Assembly: GCF_018350175.1 (NCBI RefSeq)
Contig: NC_058369.1
Span: forward strand, 10,046,001 to 10,110,000
Direction of reading: 5' to 3'
From: Felis catus
Taxonomy: Eukaryota
Length of the DNA: 64,000 nt
Under the pieces are notes generated by a model. It made no database searches and was not told where the DNA came from. It was given only the letters and a program-made list of their open reading frames with translations. Below are positions 11,161 through 23,779 of this stretch, piece by piece; position 1 is the first letter of the stretch; every line of letters starts with the position of its first letter. The position numbers were made by a program, and so were the translations under genes.

Positions 11161-11814
11161 TGTTTAACTCACACAAGCTGCAAAAGACCCGGCCCTGGGC
11201 CAGCTGGCTGTTTTGCATCAGAGGGAAGAGAGGCAGGGAAAATGAGGCATCGCCCCGTCTGTCCGTCTGTCCGGAGAAAGTCAGAGCAGGAGCTGTGGGC
11301 ATTCTTGGGGAGGGAGAGCTTAAGCGGCTTGGAGGCGAAGAAGTCTGCCTCAGCTCAGGGGAGCGCTCCCTCTTAACCCAACCTGTCAGGCCTGGAAAGA
11401 AACGGGCGGCAGGTCAGAGGCCAACACACAGACCGTTGAAGGGAACACGCAGTTCTGACATGAGAAGGAGAAATGACAACCGCTCAGCCCAGCCCACGCC
11501 AAAGGAATGCGCCGTGGTGCTTGCTGGGTGTTCTCTGCAAGCTCGGGAGGGGAGGGCGGGGAGGGGGGGCGGAGAGGAAGGTGGGGGGCTCACCCCAGCT
11601 CTTCGGCAGCCCACAGAGAAGCAGATTTCCCGAGGGCTCGGCCTGTGCCGGAGACAGAGAGCCATGCCATCGATGACATTTGGGCCTCTGCCTCCCCTCC
11701 TGCCTCCCCCCACTGGGGGCCAGGGGGCAAGGGTCTGGTTATCCACTGGCTTCAAAAAAAAATCGAGTAAGTGAACAGAAAAGAAAGCAAGCCAGGACTC
11801 CAGAAAGCTGTGGA

Positions 11815-12211
11815 GCCTGGACTGCACCAAATGGTGGCCCCCACAAGATACGTCCACCCAGAACCTGTGAACGTGACCTTATTTGGAAAAAGGGTCTTTG
11901 TAGATGTGGTTAAGTTAAGGATCTTTCAATGAGATCCTCCTGGATCAGGGTGGGCCCTGAATCCAATGACAGGTGTCCTGAGAAGAGAAGGGGCGAGGAC
12001 ACAGAGAAGGCCACGTGGAGGTCACAAGCCAAGAACCACCAGAAGCTGGGAAGGCCACGGAAGGGTCTTCCGTCTAGAGCCGAAGGAGGGAGTGCAGCTC
12101 TGTGGACTCCGGGAGAGCAGCTTCCGGGCTCCAGAACTGAGAGAATCGATTCCTGTTTTAAGCAGCCCCGTCTGTGGTACTTTGTTAGAGCCACCTTGGG
12201 CAGCTAACACA
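11815..12211 (+). mobile_element. MLT1 (MaLR) solo LTR
   Basis: gtgaccttatttggaaaagggtctttgtagatg...ggtgggccctgaatccaatgac...tgtggtactttgtt...ctaacaca. Confidence 0.88.
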
Positions 12212-12621
12212 GGCCCTGGTCTTCAATCCCACAGACCTGAAGCCTCTGTAGGGCCTTACAGTGCCGTGGGGAGGGCAGACGCATGAATCGATCATTCCAG
12301 TATGCTGGGGTCACCGGTAATGGAGAAGAGTGTCGGGGATGGTTATGCAGTGGGGTGGAGGGGGGCCTGGGAACTCCTTACAGCAGAGGTGATGGCACAG
12401 AGCTGAGCCACAACCTAAAGGGGACAGCAGGTAATGTAAACACGCCACACGGCCAAGTCAAGACCAGCCGTGTCAGCAATGGCATAGGTAACCCTCAGCT
12501 TCTGTGTCGGGGAGACAAAAAGGAGTGATAGGGACTGTGGTGAAGAATAACAGTTGTTAATATTATTAACAGTTGTTAATATTATTAACAATAATAATAA
12601 TATTGTTAATATTATTAACTG

Positions 12622-13238
12622 ACCGGTGGCTCGGTCAGTTGGGTGTCTGACTTCGGCTCAGGTCACGATCTCACGGTTCGTGGGCTCAATCCCCACATCG
12701 GGCCTTGTGCTGACGGCACAGAGCCTGCTTTGGATTCTCTGTCCCCCTGCCCCTCTGCATTCTCTTTCTCTCTCTCTCTCAAAAATAAACAAACATTATG
12801 GGGCACCAGGGTGGCTCAGTCGGTTAGGCGTCCGACTTCGGCTCAGGTCATGATCTCGCGGTCCATGAGTTCGAGCCCTGCGCCGGGCTCTGTGCTGAGA
12901 GCTCAGGAGCCTGGAGCCTGCTTCAGATTCTGCGTCTCCCTCTCTCTGCCCCACCCCTGCTCCTGCTCTGTATCTCTCTCAAAAATAAATAAACATGAAA
13001 AAAATTTTTAGGGAAGGGAAACAAAAAGAATATAAAAACAGGGAGGGGGACAAAACAGAAGAGACTCATAAATATGGAGAACAAACTGAGGGTTCCGGGA
13101 GGGGTTGTGGGAGGGGGGATGGGCTAAATGGGGAAGGGACACTAAGGAATCTATTCCTGAATTCATTGTTGCACTGTATGTTAACTAATTTGGATGTAAA
13201 TTTTTTAAAAAATTGAAATAAAAGGAAAAAAATTTAAT
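12622..13238 (+). mobile_element. Two tandem CAN-SINEs (~12622-12797, ~12799-13009) followed by a felid L1 3' end (~13010-13225)
   Basis: Two SINE heads with (CT)n and A tails, then ...ggagaacaaactgagggtt...gggatgggctaaatggg...tcattgttgcactgtatg (carnivore L1 3'UTR). Confidence 0.88.
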
Positions 13239-13249
13239 ACACATTAAAA

Positions 13250-13390
13250 ACTATTAATATTTATCAACACTTGCTAAGCCCTTTCCTTATACAACATTAA
13301 CTCATCTAACCCTCACATCAACTCTCGAAGCAGGTGTTATCATTATTCCCATTTACCGGGTGGGTTAACTGAGGCACAGGGGCTGTTATC
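13250..13390 (-). mobile_element. MIR fragment
   Basis: ctcatctaaccctcac...attattcccattt...aactgaggcacag. Confidence 0.7.
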
Positions 13391-13399
13391 AGCCAGCCC

Positions 13400-13790
13400 T
13401 GGCTGGGAACATGCGATACCTTCAAATTGGGGAATTTAAGCACAGTCATTGAAGGAACAAATTTACAAAGTAGGGCGAGATATAGGAACGATACCGCACC
13501 TTGGGCTTACAAAATTAAGGAGCCCTGAGAGGTGAGGCAAGGGAGTTGTCAGAACCCTGAGACATGACAGACTATGTGGAAGGTGAGAGCCTGTAACCTA
13601 TGACAAGGACGACGCTGGCCCACAGAGGCCACAGGGTGAGAGGCTGAACTGGGGAACAAATACCCCCACTCCCCTGTCCCCCACCTCAGGGGTCCTCAAT
13701 GGCTGAACCCAGCACAAGCCAGAGGACCTGGGAGCCCGTTGGTGAAGTCCATAAAGCCCGGTCTCCTGGGACACCAGTCCGGACGCAGAA
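13400..13790 (-). mobile_element. LTR33-like ERVL LTR
   Basis: ggctgaacccagcacaagccagaggacctgggagccc...gtccata. Confidence 0.5.
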
Positions 13791-14004
13791 GCGAGGAGTA
13801 TTGCTACGCGGAAGATTCCAGAACAGGAAGGTTGAGTGACTCCAACCCGGGCAGGTCTGGGTCCCGAGTCCCCTCAACCACTCACCACGTGAGGACCAGA
13901 GCCAGCGGACCTGTGCCCTCCCCTCAGGGCCACCCTTGCTGAGTGTCACCCCCAGCTGGGAACGTGACCTCAGCTTCCCGGAGCCCGCATCTCCCATCTT
14001 CCCG

Positions 14005-14135
14005 TGGAAAGCCGCGAATCCAGATTTTTATCCAACAGTTGCCTGATATTTAAAAGCTGGCAACTCACTCAAATTTTTTAAAACCCTGCACAGGTTCAGC
14101 AAATCACACGGGTGGGCCGGATTGCACTCTGGGTG
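14005..14135 (-). mobile_element. MER102-like fragment
   Basis: aatccagattttta...ggcaact...aaatttttt aaaaccctgcacagg...gtgggccggatt. Confidence 0.6.
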
Positions 14136-15749
14136 TCAACACCCCCTCCCCCCCCCGCCCCGGGGGGCGGGGGGGGGGGTCAGGGCGTGGACACTCGGGG
14201 AGCAAGGCATCCGGGTGCAAGAATCAGGATGTTCAGAGAGGCGGCTGCGCAAAGCATTCTGGGTGAGATGGGGCCCACACACACAGACTGATGGGTTTGA
14301 CGCAGAGGTGCCTGGGGAGGGGGCAGGGGCCGGGCGTTGAGGGGATGAAACTGAACCGGTACTTTGGGCCTGAACTAGGAAGGGCCACTGGAGCCAAGCT
14401 AACAGGCTTCAACTTGGAAGGAGAGAAGCCACCGATGGCTTTTAAACAGCAAAATGACTCAGTCGTGTTCCTGTCTTCTCCCCGCCACCCCAAAGCTGGC
14501 TGTGGACCCGGCTTTCTTTTGCGGGGTGGATAAAGGAGCGAAATAAATGTAAGAGCCCCCTTTCGGTGGGTGCTTCCAGTTCGGCGGGAAGGGCGGATGC
14601 GGAAATAAGGTCAGGGTACGATGCACCTGCTAGCGGAGAGTTAGCCCACGTCTGCAGATACCTGAGCAACTGCCGTGTGTCCCGCGCCGCGGATGAAGGG
14701 ACAGGGTATGGCCCTGCCTTGGATGAGGGAGGAAATAGAGGGAGAGGAAAATCCCAGGTGGTGCTAGGAACACGTAAACGTGGAAGGAAGGGGCTCATAA
14801 CAGGCGCCCGCAGGTCCAGGAGCCAGAGCGGGCCGCAGGCAGGGGGGCGGGGGGACAGGGGGTGCCTCCCCCCCCGCCCTGGGGCCCAGCAGCCTGGCCC
14901 GGCCTCCTTCTCCCCAGTCACCCCATCGCACCACCGGGAACAAACCCACGGCTGACATGGATTCCTAACTCGGCGCCCGAGCAGGGGGAGAGAGGGGAGA
15001 AAAAACACCCATCTGTTCTCTCTCTGATGGAACACGATTCTTCACTCAGCGCTTAAACCCCGCGCCTGTCTTCCCGTCTCCCCTCAGCAGCCGCGGGGCC
15101 GCCCATATAAATGGCTGCAAATGGGTTTTCCCGCCGGTAGCCGTGTTGTTTTAATAATGGTTCATTTTCTGCTCCAGGAAAAAAAAAAATATATTCCGTC
15201 GAGAAATTGGGGACGGGGGGGGGGGGGGGGCGCTCATTCTCTGTGTGTGTGCACGCGCGCGCGTGTGCGCCTGCAGGAAGATTCTAGAACATCCTGCTGA
15301 GACACCAAGTGACCTGTCTGGTTGGGTGATGCTGGTCTGAGGCCCAATGCATCCCCCTCACCTAGACAAAGGAATTTGTCGGGAAACTTCCTGAGCATAT
15401 TTATTGAGCACCTACTATGTACCATACCTGAATTCAGTAGGAAGGGACACAGGGGTTTCCCAGGTCCCACCCTTCCCAGGCTCACATTCTAGAAGGGGGG
15501 AGAGCAACATTAAAAAAACAACAACAACTATGCAAAACTATATAATACAATTATGAAAATGATTCACAAGGGAGTATCGGGTAAGACAGGCATGGATAAC
15601 AGGATCTTGGTGTAACTGAGGCTCCCTGGCCCTCCCCCTCCCCACCCCGAACTGCAGAAGGGACCCTCAAGCTGAAACTTGAAGGACAGACGGGCCAACT
15701 GCAGGAGAGAAGGCCACTCAAGTGGAGGGACTCCCTAGTCAAACATCAG

Positions 15750-16335
15750 AGACCTCACTTGGAAATAGGGTCCTTGCGGATGTCATTTGCTAACATGACG
15801 TGACATGATACCATACCAGATCTAGGGTGGGCCCTGAATCCAATGACAAGCGTCTTTCTTTTTTATTTATTTATTTTTATTTGAGAGACAGCACAAGAAG
15901 GGGGGAAAGGGGCAGAGGGAGAGAGAGAGAATCTCAAGCAGGCCCCACAGTCAGTGCGGAGCCCAGTGTGGGGCTCGATCCCACGCCCCTGGGATCACGG
16001 CCTGAGCCGAAATCAAGAGTCAGATGCTCAACCGACTGACCACTCAGGTGCCCTGGCACGTGTCTTTGTAAGACGAGCAGAGAACACACGCAGAACGCAG
16101 AGGTGGCCACTGGACCGATGTGGCCACAAGCCAAAGAATGCCAAGGAATGTAGTGCCCAGAAGCCAGGAAAGAAGAAAGCAAGAATCCTGCCCTGGGGCC
16201 TTCAGAGGAAGCACAGCCCTGCTAACATCTTGGTTTGGACTTTGGCCTCCAGAACTGTGAGACAATACGCCTCTGTTCTTTTATAAGCCACCAAGCTCGT
16301 GGTGACTCATTACAGCAGGCCTGGGAAATGAACAC
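15750..16335 (+). mobile_element. MLT1 LTR interrupted by a minus-strand CAN-SINE (~15855-16053)
   Basis: MLT1 motifs ggtgggccctgaatccaatgac and tggcctccagaactgtgagacaat flank the SINE. Confidence 0.85.
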
Positions 16336-16764
16336 AGTGGGGATCTCCAGAAGCGACACCTTGATAAACAACTGGTCTACCTGGGCAGCGATGGCAGGAA
16401 GCACTGATAGGGGAGAGGGGAGGCGAGACAGGGAAGGGAGAAGGGAGGGCACCCATTAAAGAGTGTGTTCATGGACAGGTCCTACAGGGGTACCTTGGGC
16501 TTAATCCCTGTGGAGACCAATGGGACACATGCCTCAGAATTCCCTCACGTGAGGGGTGAGGGAGCTGGGTTGTTTATCTGCCAACAACCAGCCTTCACCG
16601 GGTGAGGTATGCTAGCAGGGGGGATGGATCCTCCAGAACTTTTGGCTGCCTTCAGGCAAGCCTAAGCTGCCTCTGTAGCCAGAGAGAGCCACCGGGCAAA
16701 GAGTTACAGGTGCTGGCGACAGGAAGCCGTTGGGCCGGTGTGTATGGTGAGGTAGCAGCCTCGA

Positions 16765-17250
16765 AACAGCCTCCAGTGACCCCCACTCCTGTGTGATCCC
16801 TTCTCCTTGGGTGTGGATGGGACGCCATGACTGTCTTCTAGCCAACAGAATGTGGCAAAGGTGATAGGATGTCACTTCTGAGATCAAGTTACAAAAAGAC
16901 TGTGGCTTCCACTGGAAACCAGGGCCGTGTTGTGAGCTGAGCTGACCCGTGAAGAGGTCCACATGGCAAGGAACTGGAGGTGGCCTCTGACCAACAGCCA
17001 GTGAGGGACTGAATCCTGCCAGCAGCTAGTGAGCCCGGCAGCAGATCTTCCCCAATGGAGCCTTCAGATGAGACCACGGCCCTAGCCACCATCTTGGTTG
17101 CAGCTCTGTGAGACATCCTGAGCCAGAGACCCCCCGCTAAGGCCAGACCTGGATTCCTGACCCACAGAAACTGGGAAGGAATAAATGTGGATTGTTTCAA
17201 GCCCACTAGGATATTTGGGGTAACTTGTGATATGGTGATGAGTAACTAGA
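16765..17250 (+). mobile_element. MLT1E/F-like LTR
   Basis: ccacatggcaaggaactg...gagccttcagatgagaccac...gattcctgacccacagaaactg. Confidence 0.8.
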
Positions 17251-17683
17251 GATGCTGAGTGCCACAGGGATGTGGGAAGGGCGCATAAGCAGTGATGGGT
17301 AAACTATCTATTCACTTCCTCTAGATGCTCATCTCTCTCTCACCCGTCCCATCCAGTCCATTAACGATCCCCGTCAACTTCGACTCCCAACCTATCCTGA
17401 ATCCAGATACCTTCCCCCACCTGCACAGCCACCAGGTCACGTCAAGCCACCCTCGCCTCTCACGTCCATTAAAGCAAGGGACGCACCCCTCACCACCAAT
17501 CTCCATCCAGCTGGTTCTCCACAGTCAGGGAGGGCTTTCAAATCACAAATCAGATGCTGGCACTCAGCAGTGCTCAGTAATGATGGGCTGAATTCAGGTG
17601 TCAAGTCAGGCTAGACTGGATCGCTCCCCTGCCTTCCGGCCAGCCCCTTTCCCTTCTGGTACCTGCATAAGGAAGGGACTCAT

Positions 17684-18125
17684 GGGGCACCTGGGTGGTT
17701 CAGCTGGTTAAGTGTGCAACTCTTTTTTTTATTATTTTTTTTTAATGTTTATATTTGAGAGAGAGAGACAGAGCGTGAGCAGGGGAGGGGCAGAGAGAGA
17801 GAGAGAGAGAGAGAGGGAGACACAGAATCCGAAGCAGGCTCCAGGCTCCAAGCTGTCAGCGCAGAGCCCGATGTGGCGCTCGAACTCACAAACCACGAGA
17901 TCATGACCTGATCACGAAGTCAGACGCTTCACTGAGTGAGCCACCCAGGCGCCCCTAAGCACGCAACTCTCAATCTTGGCTCAGCTCATGATTTCACGGT
18001 TCATGAGATCAAGCCCCACATGGGGCTCTGTGCTGACAGCAAGTAGCCTGCTTGGGATTCTCTCTCCATCTCTCTCTGCCCCTCCCCCCTCAAAATAAAT
18101 AAATAAACATTAAAAAAAAAAAAAA
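17684..18125 (+). mobile_element. CAN-SINE split by a nested antisense CAN-SINE (~17723-17955)
   Basis: Host head at 17684 resumes at ~17956; duplicated taag..gcaactct flanks the inner SINE. Confidence 0.88.
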
Positions 18126-18324
18126 GGGAAGGGACTCATGTACGAGGGGGGCTGTTAGGCCACCAGCCCTGATCTTCAGGCCATGGGAGGCAGCTCCCTG
18201 GCCTCACTTCCTCCATGTACACACTCAGCAAATGCAGACTGCCCATGCATTCATTAAGCACTTACTGTATACCACGACTTCGAAGTACCTGACAGGCACC
18301 ATGTCATTTAATCCTTGAAATGAG

Positions 18325-19084
18325 CCAGGGTAATCCTGAGAAAGAAGGAAAAAACTGGAGGCATTACACGTCCTGATTTCAAACCATATTACAAAGCAGT
18401 AACAATCAAAACAGTAAGATCCTGGCATTAAAAAAAAAAAAAAAAAACACAGAACAAAAACAAAAACAAAAAAACAAAAAACAAGACACACAGACCAACG
18501 AAAGAGAATTAGGAGACCAGAAACAAACCCACACATATCTGGCCAACTAATATTTGACAAGGGAGCCAAGAATATATTTTTTAAATTTGTTTAAACATTT
18601 ATTTATTTTTGAGAGAGACAGGGTGCAAGTGGGGGAGGGGCAGAGAGCGAGGGAGACACAGACTCCGAAGGAGGCTCCAGGCTCTGAGCTGTCAGCACAG
18701 AGCCCACGTGGGGCTAGAACTCACAGAACTGTGAGATCATGACCTGAGCTGAAGTCAGACACTTAACCGACCGAGCCACCCAGGTGCCCCGCGAGCCGAG
18801 AATATTCTGTACAGAAAAGACAGTCTCTTCAATAAATGGCTGGGGAACTTGGATATTTACATGCAAAAGAATGAACTAGACCCCTCTCTTTTTATTTAAT
18901 TGTTTAATTACATTTATTTGTTTTTTGAGAGACAGTGGGGGAGGGGCAGAGAGAGAGGGAGACACAGACTCCGCTCCAGGCTCTGAGCTGTCAGCACAGA
19001 GCCGGACGTGGGGCTCAAACGAACCGCGAGATCATGACCTGAGCTGAAGTCGGACGCTTAACCGACCGAGCCACCCAGGCGCCC
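18325..19084 (+). mobile_element. L1 ORF2 fragment with two inserted minus-strand CAN-SINEs (~18577-18790, ~18889-19084)
   Basis: aaaactggaggcattacacgtcctgatttcaaac...ttacaaagcagtaacaatcaaaacag...gacagtctcttcaataaatgg. Confidence 0.88.
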
Positions 19085-19589
19085 TTGGACCCAGGCAGTT
19101 TTAACACCAGCACGAGGGTCTTCACGGAGATTTAGCTTATATGTCCCATGTGTTAATTCTCTTGCTTTCATCCAGAGGGGCATTGCCAAGTGCCCAGAAA
19201 CCTAAGCCAATTTACACCCCTAGGCTTTGTCCAGAAGGTAATTGGTCTTGCGCCACGAAAGGGCCTTCCCCTGCCCTCAGGGAAGTCCCAGCCTAGCCGG
19301 GGAGCCAAGGGCATCAATAACCTGAAATCCACAGTAATGACCCCAGCCACCTCAATGCGCGCTGAGCACCTGAGATGCATTAATCCTGGGGGGAGATTCC
19401 GGACAGCTGGAAAGGTTTCCGGAACCTGGAGGTGGTGCCTCCCCCATGGGTGGAGGACCCTCCTGGTCTGTGTTAGTGCCCTGCGCCTGCAGAGGGCGCT
19501 AAAGCACACGAAGGCCAGGAGGGGTCCAGTGATTTGCTTCAGGTCATGTAGCTGGAAACTCAAGGGAGACAAGTGTATCGCCTTTCAAG

Positions 19590-20050
19590 CCTCCTGTAAG
19601 TTTCCTGTGGCTGCCGTCACACAAGTCCACAAACTGGGGGCTGCAAACAACAGACAGGTCTCAGAGTCCTGGAGGCCAGAGGTCTGAAATCCATCAGAGG
19701 GGCCACAATCTCTCAGAAGGTTCTAGAGGAGGATCCTTCCTTGCCTCTTCTGGCTTTTGGTGGCTGCCAGCCAGCCTCGGTGTTCCTTGGCTTGTAGACA
19801 CATCCCTGCAGTCTCTGCCTCCGTCTTCATGTGGCATTCTCCCTCCCCAGACATGTGTCTGTGTCTCGTTTTGTAGAATAAATTTATAACCCAGTCTTAC
19901 TAGATGAAGACCCCACCCTACTCCGGTATGACCCCACCTTAACTAAATATATCTGCAACAACCCCCTTTGCAAACAAGGTCACATTGTGAGGTATCGGGG
20001 GTCTGGACTTCAATATATCTTTTGGAGGGGACACAGTGCACCCACAACGT
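19590..20050 (-). mobile_element. MLT1 LTR
   Basis: ctggaggccagaggtctgaaatc...ccttccttgcctcttctggctt...aaacaaggtcacattgtgaggt. Confidence 0.85.
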
Positions 20051-20195
20051 TCTCCCTTCCTTATAGACAGGCTCTCGTCACCTCTTTCTGGGCTGCACAG
20101 GGGCCCGGTTAAATGCATTCACTCCTCCACTTTTTCATGTGTCAGTGCCCGAGCCTCAATCTATACACTAACCTTAAAAAATTAAAATAAAATCA

Positions 20196-20860
20196 GGGGG
20201 CACCTGGGTGGCTCAGTCAGTTAAGCTTCTGACTTCAGCTCAGGTCATGATCTCACGGTTCATGGGTTTGAGCCCCGCATCGGGCTCTGCGCTGACAGCT
20301 TGGAGCCTGGAGCCTGCTTCGGATTCTGTGTCTCCCTCGCTCTCTCTGCCCCTCCCCGACTCATGCGCACTCTCTCTCTCTTAAAAATAAATAAACATTG
20401 GGGCGCCTGGGTGGCTCGGTCGGTTAAGCGGCCGACTTCAGCTCAGGTCATGATCTCACAGTCCATGGGTTCGAGCCCCGCGTCGGGCTCTGTGCTGACA
20501 GCTCAGAGCCTGGAGCCTGTTTCGGATTCTGTGTCTCCCTCTCTCTGACCCTCCCCCGTTCACGCTCTGTCTCTCTCTGTCTCAAAAATAAATAAAAACG
20601 TTAAATAAATAAATAAATAAACATTAAAAAAATTAAAAAATAAAATAAAATCAGGGGCACCTGGGTGGCTCAGTTGGTTGAGCATCTGACTTCAGCCCAG
20701 GTCAGGAACTCATGGTTTGTGGGTTCGAGCCCCACGTCGGGGGGAGCCTGGAGCCTGCTTCGGATTCTCTGCCTCCCTCTCTCTCTTTCCATCCCCTGCT
20801 CGTGCTCTCTCTCAAGAACAAATAAACGTTTTTAAAAAATAAATAATAAAAATAAATCAA
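20196..20860 (+). mobile_element. Three head-to-tail CAN-SINEs
   Basis: Heads ggggc(a/g)cctgggtggctc at ~20196, ~20399 and ~20654, each with (CT)n and A-rich tail. Confidence 0.93.
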
Positions 20861-21499
20861 ATCAAATCGGTGAACAGCTACGCTGCCCTGAGCATTTTTA
20901 GAGACCCAGAGAAATTCAATATCATCATTTGGGGGTGCACTGGGCTGCAAGTTATCAAAATACCTAGCTGCCACGGCTTAAGCAGAAAACTGGCTTTTCC
21001 CTCAGCAATCTGCAGTTGGCACCTGGTGCGGTCGGAGGCCAGCAGCTAGATGGTATCGGGGCCACCACCAACCAATTCCTCGGGTCACCTACATATCCCT
21101 CTGGGTCCCTTATGAGACCCTCGCCACAGTGAGTTGCTGTTTTATCCCCTCTTTACAGATGAAACGACCAAAGCTCAGATAATAACATGCCTACCTTTCT
21201 CTGAACCCCCCAGCTGACAGACTTCTGCTTGGGCCCCACTGGCCAGAAGGGTGCCACTTGGCCGCTTCCAGAAGCAAGGCAGGCTGGGAGGCAAGTTCAG
21301 AGTAGCTCACGCGGCCGCTCAACGAGCAGGCGCGGTTGGTGATGAAAGAATTCAAGCGTGAGTGTTGGAGGCAAGAAAATGTGTCTCCCACAGTCATCCC
21401 TGCCTCTAGGTCTAGATCAGGTATATCGAGTGCCTTCGACCTATGGGCTCAGTTTGAATTATTTCTAAACATTGGGAACAGCAGCATTTATCTCACGGA

Positions 21500-22150
21500 A
21501 TCCTCACCATCTGCGAGGCATATGCTAGCAGCATCCCATTTTACAGCTGAGGAAATGGAGGCTCAGACAGGCCCAGGAGAACCTCATTTATTTACTCACG
21601 CATCAAATATTTATTGAACATCTACTGTGTGCCAGGCCATTTGGGCACTGAGGATACGACGGTGAAGGAACTGAACACGGTCCCTTGAAGACTTAGCCCT
21701 CGGGGAGGGGAGGAGGGAGAGGGGTGGCCAGAAATAATACAAATAATATTAGTTCTGGAATAACACCTAGTGTAGGCCAGGTGCTGCTGCGCGGGCTTTC
21801 TGTTCACTAAGTCACTTATTCATCCCAATGAGGAAACTGAGTCTCAGAGAAGTTAAGTAACATGCCCAACGTCACCCAGCCAGTTAACTGTAGAGCCGGG
21901 ATTTGAACCGAGGTTCTAGAGCCTGCGCTCCGGTAAGTAATATAATGTCAGGAGGTGATGATGCAGGTGAGGAGGGCTAAGCGGCCAAGGAAGTTCCTTC
22001 TGAGGAGTAGACATGTAATTATTATCCTCGTTTGACGGATGGGGAAATTGAGGCTCTGAACGGTCAACTGAGCTGCCCTGGGGGACACACGGCCAGAAAG
22101 AGGTGGGGCCAGGATCGGACCCCAGGTAGCCCGGACTCCATTGCCCACTC
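21500..22150 (-). mobile_element. Cluster of MIR and L2 fragments
   Basis: cccattttacagctgaggaaatggaggctcaga; atatttattgaacatctactgtgtgccaggc; gaggaaactgagtctcagagaagttaagtaac. Confidence 0.8.
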
Positions 22151-23779
22151 ACAAGAGAAACAGTGCCCGAGCAAATGCCAGGAGGCTTGAGGGCTGCCTG
22201 GAGGAGGTGGAGGTCACCAGGCCTTGAAGCGATTGGAGGAGCAGGGAGGGGGGAAGGGAGGGTACAGCGTGAAGAAGCTGGCACCTGAATACGTTCCTGG
22301 GGGCAGTTCTTCGAGGACAGATTTCCAGGCACAGCCCTGCCTCGGCTTCCCCCAGGCCAGCTCTGCTTAAAGGGAAGGCAGCCACGGGGACTTCATTAGC
22401 CTCTCGGAGGCCCCAGCAGCCCTGGGGGGATGAAAAGGGCCCGAGAAGGGAGCCATCCTAATTTTAGCGCACCTGGCAGGGGGCACAGGGCCACTGAAAA
22501 GGAAGCAGCTGGGGCCGGCCGGGCAGGCCCGTCATTGTTCCAGCTGGACCCGCTGTCAGAGCATCAAATGCAAAACCAGAGTAAAGGGGGTGGGGGCGCC
22601 GGTGGCCTCTGCTCCTCCTTTAATAGACCAAAGGACCCTGGCGGCTTAGCTCTTTTTCCTAATTTAAAGATATTTTCAGGCTTTTGGGAGCTCCCCTATG
22701 GTGAAGCAGGAAGGTTGGGATGGGGGGGGGGGGGCCTTGAAACTCTCATCCTGGTTGTCAATGGAGGATGGGGGAGCAGGCAAGGAAGAGGAGGGACTCG
22801 AGGTGGTTTGGGGCCAAGGGTGGGACCCTTGAGGAATAAGGAGGTCACTGTGTTCCGGGCTCTCTTCTGCCTCAGTTTCCCTCTCTGGGACCCGTGAGAT
22901 GCCTCTCCAGAAAATAGTATGGATGCAATGTACAAACATTGGTCCCTGCTAAGGAAAGGGGGGGGGGGGGGAGGAGGCTCTTCCGTGTCCACTTTGGAGG
23001 CCTTGAGTTGGGACACGGTGGGGGGGCTTCCCCATGCCAACCCCTGGGCAGGGCAGCCGGCCACAGGGGAGGTTGTCAGGAGCCTAAGAAGCAAAGCAGA
23101 GGGAGGAGGCTGCCCATATGCGCAGAAGGAGTCGGATGGGGGAGGTGTGTTCCCTGTCAGTGTGGCACTTCTGGTACCAGGGCAGGAAAGAGAGTAGGGA
23201 GCCCGGCCAAAGGGGTGCAGCCACCTCCAAGTGGGGGGAAGGGGCTCCTTGGCTCATCTCCACGGGGAGGGTGCACAGGAACCAGGAGAGAGCGGCCCGG
23301 GACCCTGGCTAGACGGGAGGGTGTAGCCTAGGGCCAGCTTGGGCTGGGTGGAGGGGAGAGGTCCATGCCCTTCAGACCAGGCTCCCCTCACTGCCTTTTT
23401 CTCCCCCCAACGTTTCCTCACCCTCCTCCCTCCCTCGCTCATCCCACCCCAGCCTGCCATCATCCTTCCTGCCCCCCCCCCCGCCCTCCCCCACCTCACC
23501 TCTCGTCGCCCTCCCCTCTACCTCCGTCCCCCTCCCAGCTCCCTGGCCAGCTCTCCAGCCTCCCGCGGTGCCACCTCCTTGGGCCGCCTTTCTCTTCCCT
23601 CCTCCCGGCTCCCAGCCATCCCTTCCACCCCGCCCCCACCCCCCGCCAGCCCGCCCTCCTCCCTCTGACTGGCTCCCGCCTCCCCATCATTCTCCCAGCC
23701 CCCTCTTCCCTCTCTCTCTCAGTCTCACTCTCTCTCTCTCCCCCTTCTTTCCTTCATCCCGGCCTCTCTTCCCACCTTC

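Noticed and set aside
15103..15114. CArG box (CCATATAAATGG)
   Set aside because: Eight A/T bases between CC and GG rather than six.
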